Part shown: positions 58,217 through 64,000 of the stretch, piece by piece
Numbering within the stretch: the first letter of the stretch is position 1
Layout of the letters: every line of letters begins with the position of its first letter
Source of the DNA: Kiritimatiellia bacterium
Lineage (GTDB): Bacteria > Verrucomicrobiota > Kiritimatiellia > JAAZAB01
Direction of reading: 5' to 3'
NCBI GenBank assembly: GCA_040767085.1
Contig: JAXGPF010000004.1
Coordinates: 256,001 to 320,000, forward strand
DNA: 64,000 bases
The notes under the pieces: generated by a model
The model's input: the letters and a program-made list of their open reading frames with translations, nothing else
Database searches by the model: none
What the model was told of the DNA's origin: nothing
Made by a program: the position numbers and the translations under genes

Positions 58217-59263
58217 CTACACTCGCCGGCCCGGCCCCTGCCGGGCCGGCGGCCGGGAGCCGCGGATCTCTCCCCCGGCGCGCTGAACCGAATCGCGGTA
58301 AACCGTCGGCGACATGCCGTACACCTGGCGGAAGATACGGTCAAACGACGCATTGCTGCCGAAGCCGCAGGCAGCAATGATTTCCTTGATGCTGAGCGCG
58401 GGATTCTTCAGCAGGCTTTGCGCCTGGCCCAGGCGCACTTCATGCAGGTAGTGCTTGAAAGAGATCCCCAGGGTCCGGGTGAACAGCGCGGAAAGATAAT
58501 TCGGCGTGATGCCCAATTCCGCCGCCAGCCCCCCGACGGAAAGCGGCCGGTGGTAATCCTGGCGGATACGCGCCAGGGCCGACGCCAGTACCCGGCTGGA
58601 ATGTTCCGCCGGCGCCCGGCGCAGCACCATCACCGTCCGATAGCACAAATACAGCAGCAACTCGCGGAGGGTGTCCAGGTCGAAAGCCTGGTCCTGACGC
58701 AGGGCGCTCCAGGCCGGCGCGCCGCCCATGGGAATGGTTACAATGCGTTTGCGGTAAAAATAACGCAGCGGCTGGCCCGCCGCTGCCGGGGCGAAGCCGG
58801 TCCAACTCACCGCGTAATGGGCCTCATACAGCAAAAACCACAGCAAGCCGTAACCGGCGTCGGCGCGGCTGTAGGCATCCACGTGGGGCTGGTACGGCGG
58901 AACGAAGATCACATCGCCGGCCTGGCAGGGATAAACGCGGTCCTGGATCAGGAACCGGCATGCGCCCTGCAAGACCAGCGCCACTTCGATATGCGCATGC
59001 ATGTGCTGGGTGTCGTAGCCGTAACGCGTGCGCAGCCGCCGGACATGCAGGCTGCGGCGGCCGAAGAGATTCAGGCACCGTTCGCGCCGTAAACCGGCAA
59101 CAATGGGCAGCGCCTGGTCAAACAGCGCCGCCACCAACTGCCGGAGGAAACCGCGGTCGAACTCGCTCTGAATTTCCACGCCCGGCCGATACTGGCTGAC
59201 CGTCAGTTGATCGCCATACCGGCAGGCGGACTTGTTGGCATGAAGGTGCATATTGACAGTCAC
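58217..59263 (-). CDS. AraC family transcriptional regulator (cupin sensor)
   Basis: HMHAHIEV, PPYQPH; ITPNYLSALF...VRL.QAQSLL...SIKEI...CGF....F.RIFRQ.YGMSP..YR. Confidence 0.9.
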   Translation of the reverse strand: MTVNMHLHANKSACRYGDQLTVSQYRPGVEIQSEFDRGFLRQLVAALFDQALPIVAGLRRERCLNLFGRRSLHVRRLRTRYGYDTQHMHAHIEVALVLQGACRFLIQDRVYPCQAGDVIFVPPYQPHVDAYSRADAGYGLLWFLLYEAHYAVSWTGFAPAAAGQPLRYFYRKRIVTIPMGGAPAWSALRQDQAFDLDTLRELLLYLCYRTVMVLRRAPAEHSSRVLASALARIRQDYHRPLSVGGLAAELGITPNYLSALFTRTLGISFKHYLHEVRLGQAQSLLKNPALSIKEIIAACGFGSNASFDRIFRQVYGMSPTVYRDSVQRAGGEIRGSRPPARQGPGRRV

Positions 59264-59421
59264 ATTCGCTCCCGGACAGCCTGCCGGGCGCGGGACATGC
59301 GATCGCGCTTATCCAGCAAATCCGCGCAGAATTTCACGGTGGCATCATAAACAATCTGGGCTTTTTGAAAGGAAAGCAGCTCCTGGTAGCCGCCAGGCGG
59401 AGGTATGATGTTGACGGTCAT
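59260..59421 (-). pseudogene. Truncated four-helix-bundle (IVP-like) protein gene
   Basis: Manual translation MTVNIIPPPGGYQELLSFQKAQIVYDATVKFCADLLDKRDRM..., ending at 53 aa where DQMVQAARS normally follows. Confidence 0.7.
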
Positions 59422-59512
59422 GCTGTTCCTGAAACGGTAATTGACGCAAAAACAAAAACGACATAAGGCTTTCCGCCCTTACGTCATTTCCGTCTCTTCC
59501 ATGAATCACCAT

Positions 59513-59702
59513 CTGCGCCACGCGTAGCCCAACGGGCGAATTGAAAACCAGTTCCCATGGGCGCAGAAGAGCCGTGAAAACATTATACATTGCAAACTCT
59601 TTCGAGAAGCCCATGCTTCGTTGACCTGTGGTCAACTACGCAGGGCACGCTTCGCCCTCTGGCCTCCGCCGTGGCTGCGCCACGCGTAGCCCAACGGGCG
59701 AA
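59513..59702. repeat. Exact 28-bp direct repeat plus related CTTCG...CTACG palindromes 3' of tRNA-Ser
   Basis: ctgcgccacgcgtagcccaacgggcgaa at 59513-59540 and 59675-59702; inverted variants at about 59612-59674. Confidence 0.85.
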
Positions 59703-59705
59703 GCG

Positions 59706-59793
59706 TGGCGGAAGGGGTGGGAGTCGAACCCACGGTCCCCGAGAGGACGCCGGTTTTCAAGACCGGTGCTTTAGACCACTCAGCCACCCTTCC
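59706..59793 (-). tRNA. tRNA-Ser (TGA)
   Basis: GGAAGGG/CCCTTCC acceptor stem, CTTGAAA anticodon loop, long variable arm, GTTCGAC, G discriminator and CCA; 88 nt. Confidence 0.97.
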
Positions 59794-59973
59794 CTCTCCC
59801 GCAAAATTTTTATTTCCCGCGTGACTTTTCCGTCTGCAAATTGCACAATCAGCATTCAAAAGGAAGCGGAATTTCCGGGGACGCCCGGCGCGGCAAGCCC
59901 GCGCGGTGTTGGAATCGCCGGCAAACCGGCGCCGCAAGCGCCCAGCCGCAGCCACAAGCAAGGAAAGGATAAC

Positions 59974-60669
59974 ATGAGCTTGAATATTGTGCAACAAATT
60001 GATGACCGTGTCGCCGTGCGCAACGTGCTGATCAGCGCCTGGGACAAGACCGGGCTCGAAGACCTGGCGCGGAACCTGGCGGAGATCAATCCCGGCCTGA
60101 AAATTTATTCCACCGGCGGCACCTTTAAAGCCCTGCAGACGGCCCTGGGCCCGGATCGCGCCGCGCGCAACCTGGCCCAGGTATCCGCTTACACCGGCCA
60201 GCCGGAAATGCAGGGCGGTTTGGTGAAAACCCTGGATTTCAAAATTTACCTCGGGCTGCTGAGCGAAACCTACAATCCGGACCATGCCCGCGACTTGCAG
60301 CGCCTCCAGGCCCTGGCGATTGACATGGTGGTGGTGAACCTCTACCCGTTCGCCCGCGTGGTCGCCGAGCCCGGCGCCACGCCGGAACAGGCGCGCACGC
60401 ATATCGATATCGGCGGCCCTTGCATGATCCGCGCCGCCGCCAAGAATTTCCTGCGGGTGGCCGCCGTCACGCAACCCGGCGACTATGGGCCCATCATCCA
60501 GGAATTGCGGGAGAATCGCGGCGCCATCGGATTACAAACGCGCTTTGAACTGGCGCGCAAGGCCTTTGCGCACACGGCGGAATACGACCGCCACATCGCC
60601 GGGTACCTCCAGCAATGCGCATTCGAGCAGGTCAAGGCGGGGTACCGATGCGGCAATGGCGGCAACTAA
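59974..60669 (+). CDS. purH: Stand-alone PurH N-terminal half (IMP cyclohydrolase, MGS-like)
   Basis: LISAWDKTG, STGGT, YTGQPEM.GGLVKTL, VVNLYPF, IDIGGP.MIRAAAKN, AFAHTAEYD. Confidence 0.9.
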   Translation: MSLNIVQQIDDRVAVRNVLISAWDKTGLEDLARNLAEINPGLKIYSTGGTFKALQTALGPDRAARNLAQVSAYTGQPEMQGGLVKTLDFKIYLGLLSETYNPDHARDLQRLQALAIDMVVVNLYPFARVVAEPGATPEQARTHIDIGGPCMIRAAAKNFLRVAAVTQPGDYGPIIQELRENRGAIGLQTRFELARKAFAHTAEYDRHIAGYLQQCAFEQVKAGYRCGNGGN

Positions 60670-60784
60670 AAGACCTGCATCACGGATTCAGGGGAAAATG
60701 CCGTCAGCAAATCGCGCCGCGTTCGCGGCGCAACGGATTTAAACAGCCGGCCCTTGCCGGCATGAACATATAAGGAAATAAACC

Positions 60785-62038
60785 ATGAGCGCTCCGGATT
60801 ACAAAAAAGCCTACAAAACCATCATGGACGACCATTTCACGCCGCAACTGGAAATCAGTTTCATCCAGGACGGCCAGCGCCAGACGCTTTATTACGAGAA
60901 AGCCGTCTGGCGGATTGACGGCGTGGAAAAAGGACTGCGCTACGGCGAGAACCCCGGCCAGGAAGCCGCGCTCTACCGCCTGGTCAACGGCAACCTCGCC
61001 CTGGGCACAGTCCAGTCCATCCAGCCCGGTCGTTACCTGGCGTCTGACGCCGAACTGCTGCAATCGGGCAAACATCCCGGCAAGACCAATCTGACCGACG
61101 TGGACAGCGCCTTGAATATTCTGCGTTACCTGATGGACGCGCCCTGCGTGGCAATCGTCAAGCACAACAATCCCTGCGGCGTGGCGCGCGCCGGCACCCT
61201 GGCGGAAGCCTATCAGCGCGCCAATGCCGCCGACATGGTAGCCGCCTTCGGGGGCGCGATTGTGGCCAACCGCCCCATGGACCGCGACACGGCCGAGCTG
61301 ATCGCCCAGCAATACGCCGAGGTGGTCGCGGCCCCGGAATTCGGACCGGGCGTCCTGGAAATCTTCGCGCGGAAGAAAAACCTGCGGGTCATGCGCGTAG
61401 CCAACATCGGCCGGCTGGCGGAATATGTTGGCGCGCGCGTGGTGGATTTCCGGGCGTTGATGGACGGCGGCCTCGTGGCGCAATGGTCATTCCAGCCCGT
61501 CACCCGCGCGCCGGCCCAGTTCCTGCCTGCAACGGCCACATATAAGGGCAAGGAATATAAAATCAACCGGCAACCCACGGAGCAGGAAGCCGCCGACCTG
61601 GTATTCGGCTGGCTGATCGAATGCGGCGTCACCAGCAACTCGGTGATCTATGTCAAAAACGGGGTGACCGTCGGCATCGGCACCGGCGAGCAGGACCGCG
61701 TGGGCGTGGCTGAAATTGCCCGGGACAAAGCCTACCGCAAGCTGGCCGACCGGCTGTGCCGCGAAAAATCCGGCATGCCGTACAATAACCTGCAGGATGC
61801 CGGGCAGCGCCGGGAGATTGACGCCGAAACCGCGCGGCAGCGCGGAGGGCTGCCGGGCGCCTGCATGGTGTCAGACGCCTTTTTCCCGTTCCGCGACGGC
61901 GTGGATGTGGGCTTACGCGAAGGCATCACCGCCGTCATCCAGCCCGGCGGCTCGGAGCGTGATTTCGAATCCATCGAGGCCTGCAACGAAGCCAACGCCG
62001 CCATGGTCTTCACCGGTCAGCGTTGTTTCCGACATTAA
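60785..62038 (+). CDS. purH: Stand-alone PurH C-terminal half (AICAR transformylase)
   Basis: LRYGENP.Q.A, VKHNNPCGVA, AFGG, KKNLR, SDAFFPFRDG, IQPGGS.RD, FTGQRCFRH. Confidence 0.92.
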   Translation: MSAPDYKKAYKTIMDDHFTPQLEISFIQDGQRQTLYYEKAVWRIDGVEKGLRYGENPGQEAALYRLVNGNLALGTVQSIQPGRYLASDAELLQSGKHPGKTNLTDVDSALNILRYLMDAPCVAIVKHNNPCGVARAGTLAEAYQRANAADMVAAFGGAIVANRPMDRDTAELIAQQYAEVVAAPEFGPGVLEIFARKKNLRVMRVANIGRLAEYVGARVVDFRALMDGGLVAQWSFQPVTRAPAQFLPATATYKGKEYKINRQPTEQEAADLVFGWLIECGVTSNSVIYVKNGVTVGIGTGEQDRVGVAEIARDKAYRKLADRLCREKSGMPYNNLQDAGQRREIDAETARQRGGLPGACMVSDAFFPFRDGVDVGLREGITAVIQPGGSERDFESIEACNEANAAMVFTGQRCFRH

Positions 62039-62088
62039 TTATTGCTTGTCCCGCCCTGGAATTTCTATATTATTTTGATGCCAGCAAT

Positions 62089-62703
62089 ATGAGCATACAC
62101 CAGAAAATCCGGACCGCGCTTTGCGTTTTGATCCCGGGCAGCTTGATCATGCTGCAGGGTTGCTGCTGCTTCGGCGGGCGCAAGTCCGCCGAAACCGTCA
62201 AGTATGAGGCCCACCCCCGGATTTCGCTGACACCGGAATGCCGGCAAATCAAGAAAGTGAGCGTCATGCCCTTCCGCGCCGCTACGGCAATTGCCGGCGA
62301 ATCCGTCGCCGACATGTTCGTCACGGAAATCATCAAGGAACAGATTTACGAAGTGGTTGAGCGCAGTCAGATTGACAAGGTGCTCAGCGAAAGCGAGGTG
62401 GCGCTGGCGGGCCTCACCAGTTCCAAGGCCGCGGAAATGGGCTCGATGCTGGGCGCGGACGCCGTGATCATCGGCACGGTGGATGAATACAGCATGATGC
62501 CGTCCAAGGACATGCATTTCGCCGTCGTCGGGATCAATGCCCGGATGATTGACTGTAAATCCGGCAAGATTTTATGGAGCATTGACCTGGCCCAGCGCGC
62601 GGGCTCCACGTCCGTCACCGTGCCGGAGCATGCCCGCGCGGTCGTGCGGGCCATGATCGAGGCGCTCCGCGCGGAATTGGCCAAAACCATGGGCGCATAT
62701 TGA
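62089..62703 (+). CDS. CsgG/HfaB-like lipoprotein
   Basis: Lipobox-like LQGC; VSVMPF, YEVVERSQIDKVLSE, G..LGADAVIIGTV, ARMID..SGKILW. Confidence 0.78.
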   Translation: MSIHQKIRTALCVLIPGSLIMLQGCCCFGGRKSAETVKYEAHPRISLTPECRQIKKVSVMPFRAATAIAGESVADMFVTEIIKEQIYEVVERSQIDKVLSESEVALAGLTSSKAAEMGSMLGADAVIIGTVDEYSMMPSKDMHFAVVGINARMIDCKSGKILWSIDLAQRAGSTSVTVPEHARAVVRAMIEALRAELAKTMGAY

Positions 62704-63854
62704 AAAACCGGCTCGCCAGCACGACATGGTCTGCTGTCCGCCTGACGCTATGGCCGCTGGTCCCGCTGCTGGCGGTAATGGCCGCCGGCTGCGCCACCGC
62801 GCCGCCGCTGCCCGCCGCCAAGCCCGCCGCGGAACCGCTCCGCACTACGCCGCCGCCCCGGGTCATCGTCCTGCTGAATGAAAAGGACGCCGGCGGCGCG
62901 GCCGCCGCGGAAGCGGAGTCGGCCGCCGTCAATTACCTGGTCGCCCATAACATCCCCGTGGTGGACCGGGCGGTCGTGCAGTCCAACCAGGAGAAAATCC
63001 AGGCGCTGCTGGCGCTGGCGGGCGACGACCAGGGCGCCGCCGCCATCGGCATGCAGTTCGGCGCCGATGTCATTCTCCGCGGCGAGGCGGAAGCCCGGCA
63101 GACCGCGGCCGGCATCCGCGGGAGCAAGTTGAACAGTTACCAGGGCAAGCTGGATCTCCGGGCGATTGACGCGGATGACGGGCAGATTCTTGCCGCCGCC
63201 GCCGCCGCCGTGCCGGCAATCGCCATGGACGCGGTCAATGGCTCCGCCCAGGCCTTGCAGTCCGCCGCCGCGCGCGCCCTGCCCGAGTTGCTGCCGAAAC
63301 TGCTCGCGGCCTGGGACACCAAGGCTGAAAACAAGGTCCGGCATCCGGGCCGGACCGGCATGTCGCTCTCCGCGGCATTGCGCCCGGCCGATGCCGATTC
63401 CGCCGCGGTGGAACTGCCCAAGCCGCCCCGCGGGCGCAAAACGCCGGTGGCAGCCATCTGGCGGCTGACCGCCCAGACGGGCGCGCAGCCGGAATGGATG
63501 GAGCCGCTGACGGAAACGCTGTACGCGGTGCTGTCGCAAAGCGGCTGGTTCCGCCTGGTCACCCGGGAGGACATGGAAAAAATCATGGCCGAGCATAACA
63601 TCCAGCTCAGCGACATCTGCGACACCACCGAACGGGCGATCGAATTAGGCAAAATCCTGAGCGCGCAGAAAATGCTGATCGGGACCGTCAGCAAACTGGG
63701 CGGCACCTACCAGGCGGTGGTCAAACTGGTGGACGTCGAAACCGGCGAAATTGAAAGCGTCGGCCAGGCGGATGCCAAGGGCACGATGGATGTCCTCTTT
63801 CAACTGGTGCGCCAGGCCAGCGCCGATCTTCTGGAACACGCGGGGCAGCGGTAA
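62700..63854 (+). CDS. Lipoprotein with two CsgG/TolB-N-like domains
   Basis: Lipobox AAGC; GADVILRGEA...LRAIDADDGQILA; FRLVTREDMEKIMAE...ELGKIL...GTVSKLG...KLVDVETGEI. Confidence 0.75.
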   Translation: MKNRLASTTWSAVRLTLWPLVPLLAVMAAGCATAPPLPAAKPAAEPLRTTPPPRVIVLLNEKDAGGAAAAEAESAAVNYLVAHNIPVVDRAVVQSNQEKIQALLALAGDDQGAAAIGMQFGADVILRGEAEARQTAAGIRGSKLNSYQGKLDLRAIDADDGQILAAAAAAVPAIAMDAVNGSAQALQSAAARALPELLPKLLAAWDTKAENKVRHPGRTGMSLSAALRPADADSAAVELPKPPRGRKTPVAAIWRLTAQTGAQPEWMEPLTETLYAVLSQSGWFRLVTREDMEKIMAEHNIQLSDICDTTERAIELGKILSAQKMLIGTVSKLGGTYQAVVKLVDVETGEIESVGQADAKGTMDVLFQLVRQASADLLEHAGQR

Positions 63855-63971
63855 GAATTTTGCTTGCGTTGGCGGCCGGCGGCGTTAAACTGTAAACATC
63901 TTAAGGATGCCCATTTGCCAGCACAACGGTTTGGACGATCGCAATTCAACCCCGAGGACAGGAGAACGGTC

Positions 63972-64000
63972 ATGCAAAAGTCAGCGCGGGCGGTGTTGTG
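63972..64000 (+). CDS. Start of next CDS (partial)
   Basis: AGGAG RBS, then ATG: MQKSARAVL... Confidence 0.5.

Noticed and set aside
59260..59421. Diversity-generating retroelement Avd gene
   Set aside because: Only a fold-level resemblance; no reverse transcriptase and no TR/VR pair seen.
59706..59793. tRNA-Sec or suppressor tRNA
   Set aside because: The anticodon is TGA (reads TCA, Ser), not TCA or CTA, and the acceptor stem is a normal 7 bp.
59794..59973. ZTP (pfl) riboswitch upstream of purH
   Set aside because: The context fits, but I could not find the GACUGGCG or CGCCUGGGC core motifs.

Overview
High-GC bacterial chromosomal window. The gene content and repeat types suggest a PVC-superphylum organism such as Kiritimatiellota or Lentisphaerota (inference). 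1-34 kb is a glycan-utilisation region: two GH2-like enzymes, GH3, GH78-like, GH106-like, uncharacterised hydrolases, secreted LamG and beta-helix proteins, two paralogous AraC regulators, M14/M20 peptidases and a DegT aminotransferase. It is interspersed with small gene remnants. 34-48 kb is mostly housekeeping: M24 protein, parE-parC, NSS and HAAAP transporters, PfkB kinase, secreted C10 protease, tRNA-Phe, URO-D family protein and a CsgG-like protein. 48.8-51.4 kb is a decayed integron with an intI pseudogene and two cassette-like genes. 51.5-64 kb holds rlmD, an AraC-linked aminotransferase/SDR/isomerase/kinase cluster, tRNA-Ser, a split purH and two CsgG-like lipoproteins. The most notable observations are: a GTAG-REP-like palindrome family that occurs both intergenically and in-frame inside a CDS with compensatory stem changes; a shared C-terminal G-x4-IR* motif that may be a sorting signal; a candidate amino-sugar catabolic pathway; and several pseudogenes that keep their ends but have lost the middle. 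All family assignments come from motif recognition by eye; no database searches were run.
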